Part shown: positions 1 through 7,642 of the stretch, piece after piece
Numbering within the stretch: position 1 is the stretch's first letter
How the letters are laid out: each line of letters opens with the position of its first letter
Made by a program: the position numbers and the translations under genes
Source of the DNA: a virus
Lineage: Duplodnaviria; Caudoviricetes
DNA length: 38,754 bases
Virus record (IMG/VR): IMGVR_UViG_3300025277_000054
Span: 1 to 38,754 of that record
Reading direction: 5' to 3' (one strand)
Notes under the pieces: generated by a model
Told to the model about the DNA's origin: nothing
Databases searched by the model: none
The model's input: only the letters and a program-made list of their open reading frames with translations

Positions 1-34
1 AATCGTTTTCTTGGCCGGATAGGTGATGATCTCG
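1..34. repeat. Terminal direct overlap (copy 1); circular contig
   Basis: aatcgttttcttggccggataggtgatgatctcg at 1-34 is identical to 38719-38752, and joining the ends restores one ORF. Confidence 0.95.
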
Positions 35-246
35 CAGATGCATACTGCCGTCGCCTCGCCATCCTGATATGCGACGAAGGCCACCATGTTTTTTTGAGAA
101 ATAGCATCGTAGATATCAGCAACTCCGTAGCGCCTAGAGCCGCGTTCCAGAGCCGGGATGACCCAGGATACCATATGCGGCCAGTGCAATCCCAAGTTCG
201 CGTCACCGACAACAACCAGCTCGCTATCCGAGGACGACGTAGCCAT
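1..246 (-). CDS. 5' part of a 140-aa GNAT-like virion-associated protein that spans the contig junction (continues 38718..38542)
   Basis: Manual translation: MATSSSDSELVVVGD...AVCICEIITYPAKKTI|SLVILVGQRREDWL...IEAWGRPGWERVL...LLEKDL. The GRxGW motif and the position just before the ejection genes are typical of podoviruses. Confidence 0.8.
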   Translation of the reverse strand, partial: MATSSSDSELVVVGDANLGLHWPHMVSWVIPALERGSRRYGVADIYDAISQKNMVAFVAYQDGEATAVCICEIITYPAKKTI

Positions 247-580
247 AGGTCCGGTCAGTCGTTGAAGTGCTGGTGTGAGTCAATGTGGCGGTCTGATCGC
301 CGCGTGCCGAGACATAGAGGTTAGCCATTGCTGCTGCCGCATTTGCCGTGGTCGGCATGAACACGATTATGCTGGCCGCACCAATGCGGAAATCGTTCAA
401 GGTCGTCGTGGCCGAACTGGCCGAAAGGGTCACCGACCCCTTGGCATTGATTTTCCCGTTTAACAGATTGTTGACAATCGTCGCCAGCTCCAGGCGGTGT
501 TCTTCCTCGTTTGTATGAACCAGTGGCGCACGCCTGTAGGCCTCGACAAGCGCTTCAGCGCGTGGTGATGTGAGTGCCAT
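224..580 (-). CDS. Small tail-associated hypothetical protein
   Basis: 118-aa ORF in the tail operon with a Thr-rich beta-type C-terminus (TDRTYGYVVLG). Confidence 0.65.
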   Translation of the reverse strand: MALTSPRAEALVEAYRRAPLVHTNEEEHRLELATIVNNLLNGKINAKGSVTLSASSATTTLNDFRIGAASIIVFMPTTANAAAAMANLYVSARGDQTATLTHTSTSTTDRTYGYVVLG

Positions 581-581
581 G

Positions 582-650
582 TCAGTCTACAAGAACCTTG
601 GCGCGGTCTAGCAACGACGGCGGACGCGGCAGGAATGATGCGTTAACCAT
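582..650 (-). pseudogene. 22-aa remnant ORF (MVNASFLPRPPSLLDRAKVLVD) paralogous to the N-terminus of the 818-aa protein
   Basis: 610-645 matches 11563-11598 at 29/36 nt; NASFLPRPPSLL vs NASFLPRRSSLL. Confidence 0.55.
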
Positions 651-677
651 CAGGTAACGCTAGTGCCAACAGACGTG
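648..677. repeat. Imperfect direct repeat flanking the nuclease gene (partner 1137-1166)
   Basis: catcaggtaacgctagtgccaacagacgtg vs catcaggtaacgccagtgccgaccgccgtg, 26/30 identical. Confidence 0.8.
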
Positions 678-687
678 TATGATTTTT

Positions 688-1122
688 TCATGCCTTCAGC
701 TTTTCTCTGTTGGCAAGGTGAGCTTCCCTGATTTCATCTTTAGATTGCCCCTCGTAGGCCACCGCATGATGGGCTTTAATCATTTTAGCATTCACGCTTT
801 CAGCGTCATCGCCAACGTACAACAGGCCCAGGATTCTCCCAAACTTTCCACGCCCAAAAGATTGCAGATAGATTTCCTTGTTTTTTTGAGAATCGACAAG
901 TGGGCCATGCTCTGTATCCATCAGCCGGATTAAATGCTGTTTAGCCCTGTTCCCGAATCTCTTCTCCTCTTTGTCTCTGGTTCTGCTTTCTGGAGCATCA
1001 ATTCCATGCAGGCGAACGCGCTGGCTGCGAAGCCACACGTCAAAACCGAGATCGATATCAACGTCGGCCGTGTCTCCGTCCACGATCTTGATGAGTTCTA
1101 CCTGATAGTGATACACGCTCAC
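688..1122 (-). CDS. Staphylococcal nuclease (SNase/thermonuclease)-like protein
   Basis: Motifs KIVDGDT, RVRLHGIDAPES and GKFGRILG. The likely start is a GTG at 1122 or 1116 after GGAG, not 1185. Confidence 0.9.
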   Translation of the reverse strand: MSVYHYQVELIKIVDGDTADVDIDLGFDVWLRSQRVRLHGIDAPESRTRDKEEKRFGNRAKQHLIRLMDTEHGPLVDSQKNKEIYLQSFGRGKFGRILGLLYVGDDAESVNAKMIKAHHAVAYEGQSKDEIREAHLANREKLKA

Positions 1123-1138
1123 ACGCTCCGCATTGGCA

Positions 1139-2689
1139 TCAGGTAACGCCAGTGCCGACCGCCGTGATCTCAACTCCCTGTGCATGCGTCCATGTGCCGC
1201 CAGCGGCGACCGAGCAACGCACCCTGTGGTGCCTGCCTTCAGACAGCAGCGTGCAAAGGCCAGAGGCGTTCAGTGAAGCCGCACTGCCGAAACTGGCACT
1301 GTCCTGCACCCGAATGCGACTAGCAACTGCTGCTGTGATAGTGCCGCCATCGATATAGGGGCGTATCCCAGTGACCTCGGAACGCTGCCCTCTGAACGGC
1401 TGGAACTCTCCGGTGTCGAGGGTCGCAGCAAGGTTCGCGCCTTCAAACGTGCAATAGACATTGGACCCATTAAATGCCGCCAGCACCTTATCTCCGCCCT
1501 GGTAGGCACGACTGCCCAACGGGAAGGGTAGGCCGCTCAAAGTTGATGAAATGGTGTCCAGTTCAGACAGCGTCAGACCGGCGTCAACGCCGGTGAAGAC
1601 TAATTGAGTCGTGACCTCGCCCTCGGACCATTTGTTCTCGGCCCAATTGTAGAACCAGATGCGGTTTGGCTCGCCCGCTATGCTGGTTCCTTCGCCGGGA
1701 TGGCTCCAGCAAACTGTCTTGTTCACTGGGTCGATTGCTGAAAACATGCGGCTCTGGTTTGACAGATCGAAGTTATCCCAGAAGAACCGGTCCACCATGC
1801 CGTGGCCGATAGGCGTGGAAGATGTGCCGTCCGTGAAATAAAACCCTTCTTCACTGACGTAGAAAACAAGCCGTCCATGTCCGATGACACTGCCGCTGAT
1901 CGGCGTCCCGTGGCGTCGATTAATTGTATCTAACTGATAGGTGAGCGGAGCGCCCACAAACGACATGCGCACGATTTGGTGCTCAAGAAATATCAGCCCG
2001 TATTCGGCACCGCCAACGACCCGCATGACTCGCCCTGCCTCACCACCAGCAACATTCTGGAAGTCGGAGAGTGTTGAAGCAGCTGGCGTGAAATTCTTTG
2101 AATCATTCAGGCCAGACCACCAGACTCTTGACGGCTGATCTCCATCAGTTTCGTCGGTAGTGTCGCCCAACACGACCTGATCCCGAATGACGGCAATATG
2201 GCGTGCCTGCGGCTTGTCGCTTGAGGTGATGTGGTCAGAGAAGTTGCCGCTGCCAATCGCTGCCCCCTGAAGCGGAGTAGCTATATGCGTGGCGAGAATG
2301 GTGTTGCCGAAATGCGCATATTCGATCTGGGCGTCAGATGCAGCTTCCTCATAATCGCCCGTAACATCAGTCAAAGATTCCGACACGTCGATACGATACA
2401 ACTTGGTTGCATCAGCCGCATAGATGTAGACCTCGCCGCCTGTTGCCTGCACTGCAACCGCACCCTGACATCTGGCAGTCAACGCCGAGGCCTGGGTTTT
2501 GAGATTGGGCAGTGGGCGGAAGCCGTCTGTCGTCGGGATTACGTTGATCGCATTGATGCTGCCAGACGACCCGAGGGGTGCGCGGTCAGGTGCCCAACCG
2601 GAAAAGCCTACAATCGGCTGCGGTGCGACATCGATGTTATTGGCTACACCGATCTGAAACTGTTGCAGCCGCTGCGTCAGCGTCATCAT
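1139..2689 (-). CDS. Tail nozzle / DNA stabilization protein (P22 gp10 / tail tube B-like)
   Basis: 516-aa beta-rich protein following the adaptor; GWAPD start and RVWWSGLND motif. Confidence 0.75.
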   Translation of the reverse strand: MMTLTQRLQQFQIGVANNIDVAPQPIVGFSGWAPDRAPLGSSGSINAINVIPTTDGFRPLPNLKTQASALTARCQGAVAVQATGGEVYIYAADATKLYRIDVSESLTDVTGDYEEAASDAQIEYAHFGNTILATHIATPLQGAAIGSGNFSDHITSSDKPQARHIAVIRDQVVLGDTTDETDGDQPSRVWWSGLNDSKNFTPAASTLSDFQNVAGGEAGRVMRVVGGAEYGLIFLEHQIVRMSFVGAPLTYQLDTINRRHGTPISGSVIGHGRLVFYVSEEGFYFTDGTSSTPIGHGMVDRFFWDNFDLSNQSRMFSAIDPVNKTVCWSHPGEGTSIAGEPNRIWFYNWAENKWSEGEVTTQLVFTGVDAGLTLSELDTISSTLSGLPFPLGSRAYQGGDKVLAAFNGSNVYCTFEGANLAATLDTGEFQPFRGQRSEVTGIRPYIDGGTITAAVASRIRVQDSASFGSAASLNASGLCTLLSEGRHHRVRCSVAAGGTWTHAQGVEITAVGTGVT

Positions 2690-3591
2690 GCCTTGGTCAC
2701 ATTCGTTCGCATGATGAGCGGGGAGCCGCTGTGACGGTCGCCCCTGTTGGCTATTGAAATTCGATCTCTGGTTTCCTCATATAACGCCGTGTAGCGAAGC
2801 ACTGCCGTGTTGTCCTTAATGAAGTTAGCGGCTTCGATCAGCGACCCATAGAGATAAAGCCCGGTCTTGTTCAACAATACGTTGTTGTCGTCACCATCCG
2901 AGGAAAACGCAGCCAGCCGGCGATAGTAGAGCATCTGCGCCGAATAGGCCGAATCACTGGCCCCGCCAAAAACGATGTATTCACCTTCAATGGTGTAGGT
3001 CTTCGGCTTCGAGGTTTCTGATCCGGCATAAGTCGAATGAAAACTGTAAGGCTCGAAGTGCTCCAGCGTGCGTCTTGGATCACCGTCAATGTAGACACGT
3101 CGCATGCGGACATAGCGCGATGGCAAAGGCACACCGCCAGGTGGCGTCAGCCGCCACTGGGTGCCATCGAAATAGAAGTAAGCATCATGCCCGGTAACCA
3201 AATCTGCGGCCTCCAAAGCATCGCCACCATCGCCTTTGCGGATATTGGTGTTGCCAAGACCGCTGACGTTGAGCGTTGCAGCCCCAGTATTGTTAGCCGC
3301 GATTTCACCCTTGATGGTGTCGCCCAGAGTCAATGAGGTAAATGCAGTAGAGGGAGTCAGAGTGAGAGCGTTCGCCGTGCCACCGGCTGTACCCCCGTCA
3401 ACCGTCGCTTCGAGAACCAGATCGGCCTGCGCTTCCATCTCACGCAGACGCAAATCAGGGTCGTTGGCAATCCGGTCTTCAGCCAGCTTGATAAACTCAT
3501 TGGTGCGGTCGTCGGTGACAATGGTGTCGCTGGCACGATCAAGCCAGTTCTGCACCGCAGTTCTGAGAGTGGCATAGGTCGTGATTGCCAT
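2686..3591 (-). CDS. Head-tail adaptor protein with an inserted fibre-type domain
   Basis: MAITTYATLRTAVQNWLDR...FIKLAE...LRLREME and LYLYGSLIEA are typical of podoviral adaptors; an extra domain lies at aa ~63-151. Confidence 0.8.
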   Translation of the reverse strand: MAITTYATLRTAVQNWLDRASDTIVTDDRTNEFIKLAEDRIANDPDLRLREMEAQADLVLEATVDGGTAGGTANALTLTPSTAFTSLTLGDTIKGEIAANNTGAATLNVSGLGNTNIRKGDGGDALEAADLVTGHDAYFYFDGTQWRLTPPGGVPLPSRYVRMRRVYIDGDPRRTLEHFEPYSFHSTYAGSETSKPKTYTIEGEYIVFGGASDSAYSAQMLYYRRLAAFSSDGDDNNVLLNKTGLYLYGSLIEAANFIKDNTAVLRYTALYEETRDRISIANRGDRHSGSPLIMRTNVTKA

Positions 3592-3921
3592 CTACATGCG
3601 CCCTTCGCTGGTGCGCCACGCACGGTTATCGATGTCGTTGAGCTTGCGGCGCAAATAGATCGACTTCTCATGCCGGGGCAGCGTCATGAAGTTGACGCCG
3701 TCTTCCTTAATCCACTGTTCGACCACCACCAGCGGGATAGAGGCCACATGCCGCATATCCCCGCTTGGCGTGTATCCCTTGCCCTGTGACCTCAAGTCTT
3801 TGTTGTTCTCAATAATCGGCTCAACGTCCTGAACCAGTTTGACTGTGGTCAAGTCGCTTGAGTGGTCGTAGTGGAACTCACTGATGACAGCGCCATCAGC
3901 GTCCAGAAGCCGCTTTGTCAC
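3592..3921 (-). CDS. Conserved head-module hypothetical protein
   Basis: QDVEPIIENNK, RHVASIP and RRKLND...WRT motifs of the gene that precedes the adaptor in this phage group. Confidence 0.8.
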   Translation of the reverse strand: MTKRLLDADGAVISEFHYDHSSDLTTVKLVQDVEPIIENNKDLRSQGKGYTPSGDMRHVASIPLVVVEQWIKEDGVNFMTLPRHEKSIYLRRKLNDIDNRAWRTSEGRM

Positions 3922-4274
3922 GGTGTCATCTCGGTAATATGTATGCTGCCCGAAGCGCCAAGGAAAACGACATATTTCTGGCCCTTGGTCTTGGTGTAAT
4001 AGATTGTCTCGGTCGGGATATAGACCGTAGCGGTGGCCGAGGTATCAACACCAAAGGTGCCCTCAAAATTGGTCGCTGACAGCGCCACCCAACAATCAAC
4101 CTCACAGCCGATTCGCAGATAGCTGCCGAAGTTTCCAACGACGCCAGATGTAACCTGATTGTCGCCGTTCATTACGTAGTTTGTCGCCCCGCTGGCAAAT
4201 AGGTCGGTTTCGTTAATCGCCCAGGCAGGTGTTGCAAGAAAAACAAGACCCAACAGGGCCAGCCAAATTCTCAT
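3918..4274 (-). CDS. Signal-peptide-bearing virion-type (capsid spike/decoration-like) protein
   Basis: N-terminus MRIWLALLGLVFLATPAWA is a Sec signal (A-W-A). The mature part (YLRIGCEVDCWV...GSIHITEMT) resembles the second post-capsid gene of HTVC010P-like phages (from memory). Confidence 0.7.
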   Translation of the reverse strand: MRIWLALLGLVFLATPAWAINETDLFASGATNYVMNGDNQVTSGVVGNFGSYLRIGCEVDCWVALSATNFEGTFGVDTSATATVYIPTETIYYTKTKGQKYVVFLGASGSIHITEMTP

Positions 4275-6034
4275 AATGGAGTCTCCGTTTCGATTCTCAG
4301 ATAACCGGCCAGCAACTCAAATCCTGGTCGGTGTGTAGAGTTTGTTGGTAACGCCATGCCGGTATTGATCGCCGTAATCAACCGAGGCACGTCACCAATC
4401 CTCAGCGCATATGCGCCATCCGCCAGCCATACGCCTGGCTGTAACGAAGCATGCACAGTCAACCAGCCAAGCAGCTCGTCGACCTCATCGCCTTGTATTT
4501 TCCAAAGGTCGTTATTCAGCAAATATTCAAGTCGGCTCATCTTGATCGCAGGCATATAAGGCGCTGCTGTTCTGGCGATCCTATACGCCTGGTCAGCAGC
4601 TTCCTTTGTGATCGTAACGTCGCCATGCGCCGCTTTAAGGAGCGCCCCCACCGTTAACATCAACTGGTGGCGATAACGCCTCTCGAACGGGTAACGCTGA
4701 TAGGCATCGAGGTTGGCCTGCAACGCTGCCGGATGCGCGACCTTGATGTTGGCCTTGGTAGCTGAAAACGTCCGCTCGGCCAGAAAATAGGCGGAACTGG
4801 ATGCAACCAGACCGGCCCCGATTAGTAGAAACGCCACACCCAACACCCGAGAGGTCAGAACTGGAAAATTGATAGTTACCCGAGGTTGCTCGCCCTGCAT
4901 CAACGCCGCCGCTGCGAATATGACGACCGTCACTGTCGCCGGGTTCTGTAGCGGAAAACTGATCTGGCTGAGAGCTGCCACAATCAGCAGCGCCATAGCC
5001 GCGCCGATGTCAAGGGCGTCCTTTTTCTTATTGTAAAACCGATGCACAGCAAGACCAATAAGAGCGAGCGCGATCAGCACCCCAATCAGACCGGCATCAG
5101 CACCGAGCTGGAGCAATTCGTTGTGCGCTGCCCCGGCAAATACGCTGGCCGGATGCAACACGGTGTCCATCTCGGGGAACCATTGCAGGTGTGCTTCCTG
5201 CACCCTGCCATACTCAAAATTGAAACTGCCAAGACCATGCCCGAAGAACGGCTTTTCAGCCCACAACAACGCGCTGTTAAACCCTATTTCCAAGCGGTGT
5301 GTGATTGCCTTCACGACGACCGAACTGGTGGCCCAACCTGACCAAAACGCAATATTGAGCGGGATCAGAAATCCGAAGCCTGCTACATAGTAGCGTTTCT
5401 GCCTGATAAGCCAGAGCATCAACGCGGCACCGACCGCACATGCGGCCACCCATTTAGAGTCACTTAAATTTTCAAACAAAATGAAGTAGAGCGCCACCAG
5501 CGTCACAGGCAGCGCAAACGGTCTGATCCACCAGACTGGAGTTTTGATGGCACACCACGCCGCTACCACGAGCGACAATAGCACCAACAGCAGTTCAGCC
5601 TGGTAGTTCTCGTTTCCCATGCCGCCAAATATGGGCTTGTGGGCAAATCCAAAGATAATCGCACCGGCCAGAGCAACGGTCGCACCGACATAGATAGCCG
5701 CACCCAGTGTCGCTCTGGGACACCGCTGTAACGCCACATAGAGCAGCCAGAGCACGCTGATAGCCTCTAGCGTCAGTAACCCGTCACGCGGGTCTGACGA
5801 CCACGTCAGGGTCAATGCCAGATAACTGATGAACCCTGCCGCCAGCAGTTCACTGGTCGAGAATGTGACAAACCGGTTGCGATTTATCGAGACGGCGAAA
5901 AAACCAAGCGCGAGTGCTGCACCTGAATAGATGACCAGCCACCGAGGGATAATCGGTGAGCCGGTCCCAAGACCGTAGGTCAGGGCGGCGAGAACAAACA
6001 GCCCCGCCGCCCCAAACCCCAGTGTCCTAGTCAC
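4271..6034 (-). CDS. Wzy_C-domain O-antigen ligase / O-oligosaccharyltransferase (PglL-like) membrane protein
   Basis: About a dozen hydrophobic segments; motifs GGMGNEN, HRLEI...KPFFGHGLGSF, AHNELLQLGADAGLIG and SFPLQNP; soluble ~165-aa C-terminal domain. Confidence 0.85.
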   Translation of the reverse strand: MTRTLGFGAAGLFVLAALTYGLGTGSPIIPRWLVIYSGAALALGFFAVSINRNRFVTFSTSELLAAGFISYLALTLTWSSDPRDGLLTLEAISVLWLLYVALQRCPRATLGAAIYVGATVALAGAIIFGFAHKPIFGGMGNENYQAELLLVLLSLVVAAWCAIKTPVWWIRPFALPVTLVALYFILFENLSDSKWVAACAVGAALMLWLIRQKRYYVAGFGFLIPLNIAFWSGWATSSVVVKAITHRLEIGFNSALLWAEKPFFGHGLGSFNFEYGRVQEAHLQWFPEMDTVLHPASVFAGAAHNELLQLGADAGLIGVLIALALIGLAVHRFYNKKKDALDIGAAMALLIVAALSQISFPLQNPATVTVVIFAAAALMQGEQPRVTINFPVLTSRVLGVAFLLIGAGLVASSSAYFLAERTFSATKANIKVAHPAALQANLDAYQRYPFERRYRHQLMLTVGALLKAAHGDVTITKEAADQAYRIARTAAPYMPAIKMSRLEYLLNNDLWKIQGDEVDELLGWLTVHASLQPGVWLADGAYALRIGDVPRLITAINTGMALPTNSTHRPGFELLAGYLRIETETPL

Positions 6035-6631
6035 CTACAGGAACGAGGCCGAACTCTGGTCGCGGTCGTAGTAGATGATAATTGTCGCATCAACATCACC
6101 GGTGCTTGCTCCGTCAGTACCGATGGCAATCGTTCCGCCAGCCGCGACTGTAGGTGCCCCAGTGAGTTGCTGATTCTTACTAGCATGGTCGGTTGATTTT
6201 CCGGCCATGCTTCCTGTGGTGTCTCGATCACCAGCGCCCCCAAGCAAATACGCACCGGAAGAGTCGATAACCGCCGACGCAAGGGTGAGTGTGTTATTGG
6301 TGGTGATTTTGGTGAAATCGACACCAGGAGAAGCCTCCGACATGATCGAGACGGTCAACACCGCGCTTGCAGCGGTGAGATCGCCATGAACAACCGAGTC
6401 AACCTGAGCAATGGAACCAGCAAACGGTACGGAAATATATGTCGTGCTGGCACTGCTCACGTTTTCCAAATTGACCGTCAAGTATGTCCGAGCAACCGGA
6501 TAGGTTTCGCCATCGAAGTTTATCCACGATGTCGTGCCATCTGCGTTCTGCCGGATGTTCCACCCGGCATAAGCACCAATGGCCAACGTCATCACAAGCA
6601 TGACAGCGACTGCGTTTAACAACTTTTTCAT
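6035..6631 (-). CDS. Signal-peptide-bearing capsid decoration/cement-like protein
   Basis: MKKLLNAVAVMLVMTLAIGAYA is a Sec signal (A-Y-A). First gene after the MCP. YLTVNLENVSSASTTYISVP...GTIAIGTDGAST resembles the post-MCP protein of HTVC010P-like phages (from memory). AAGGAG RBS. Confidence 0.75.
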   Translation of the reverse strand: MKKLLNAVAVMLVMTLAIGAYAGWNIRQNADGTTSWINFDGETYPVARTYLTVNLENVSSASTTYISVPFAGSIAQVDSVVHGDLTAASAVLTVSIMSEASPGVDFTKITTNNTLTLASAVIDSSGAYLLGGAGDRDTTGSMAGKSTDHASKNQQLTGAPTVAAGGTIAIGTDGASTGDVDATIIIYYDRDQSSASFL

Positions 6632-6646
6632 TGCAATCTCCTTATG

Positions 6647-6675
6647 AAAAAAGGGGAGCCGGTTAGCCCCCCCTC
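6647..6675 (-). terminator. Rho-independent terminator after the major capsid gene
   Basis: Minus strand GAGGGGGGGC-taaccg-GCTCCCC followed by a U-run. Confidence 0.7.
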
Positions 6676-6688
6676 ATTCGTCAGCCTG

Positions 6689-7630
6689 TTATGATGTGGT
6701 CAGATCGGCAACCATGCCGGAACCGGCCTCGTTTCGGGACTCAAGGGCATACTCCGCGAGCAACAGACGCCGCTCACTGTCACCCGTTTTCGACAACTCC
6801 ATCATCGTCACTGGACGTAGATACGCCGTTGCCCAAAGGTCTTTCTGGAGCACGAGTGCATCCCGCGCCCGAGAGAAACGATTGGGAATTATTTCGACGT
6901 CGCCAAAGTCTGACGAATATATGTCAATTGCCGCCACAAGTTGTTTGTCAGCCGCTCCTTTGAAGCGAGTGGCATTGCCCGTGAAGCCTGACATAGCCTG
7001 CTTGTTGAAGCTGCCAACCATGACACAGTCTGGATCGCCACCTGCATCCCAACACGATGCAAGCACCGATTTTAGCAACGCCTCGGTGATGACACGTTGA
7101 GTTCCGTCGGTACGAGCGGTATTTCCAGCCGCACCCGAAGCGCCACCTGTGCCGAAAACATCGTTGGTAGCTATCCAGGCACCAATCCCACCCGTCTCGC
7201 GGGCGGTCGTGGTGTTACCTGTGACCTCGGCGTTGTTGGCGAGCAGGATGCTCTCCATGTCGCGCCGAAGTTCCTTCGCCACCTTGACGATCTGGTAGGC
7301 CAATTCGTCTTTGCGGCCAGCGGTGTTAACCGCCATTTGAGTGCCTGACACACGCGGCAATTTGTCGGAAATATTGCATGTGTTGGAAAGTCTAGTAGTG
7401 GCTACTGTTGCCACCGTTGAACTTTCATCACCTTCAAGTACAAAATTTGAACTCGAAGCTGCCGCCAAGGTATCTGTTTGCCACTCGTGCAGAACCGCCT
7501 TGGCGTCGGTACGCGGAATGCCCGTAATGAACGGTGTATCCGTTGGTGCCACGTTGTAGATGATGTCCGACAAATCTTCACGATTGCCGATAGCATCAAA
7601 AGTGGTAAAGGCATCTGTTGCTAAGGTCAT
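6689..7630 (-). CDS. Major capsid protein (SU10/DUF5309 type)
   Basis: Motifs IGNREDLSDIIYNVAPTDTPF, HEWQTD, KELRRDME and SDFG. Confidence 0.93.
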   Translation of the reverse strand: MTLATDAFTTFDAIGNREDLSDIIYNVAPTDTPFITGIPRTDAKAVLHEWQTDTLAAASSSNFVLEGDESSTVATVATTRLSNTCNISDKLPRVSGTQMAVNTAGRKDELAYQIVKVAKELRRDMESILLANNAEVTGNTTTARETGGIGAWIATNDVFGTGGASGAAGNTARTDGTQRVITEALLKSVLASCWDAGGDPDCVMVGSFNKQAMSGFTGNATRFKGAADKQLVAAIDIYSSDFGDVEIIPNRFSRARDALVLQKDLWATAYLRPVTMMELSKTGDSERRLLLAEYALESRNEAGSGMVADLTTS

Positions 7631-7642
7631 TGGATATTTCTC

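Noticed and set aside
1-34. Biological direct terminal repeat of the virion DNA
   Set aside because: It falls mid-gene and is k-mer sized, so it is most likely an assembly overlap
4271-6034. Simple lysogenic serotype-conversion (O-antigen ligase/polymerase) moron
   Set aside because: It has no promoter gap of its own, is co-oriented and coupled inside the late head operon between exported proteins, and is not near attP. Disfavoured but not excluded.
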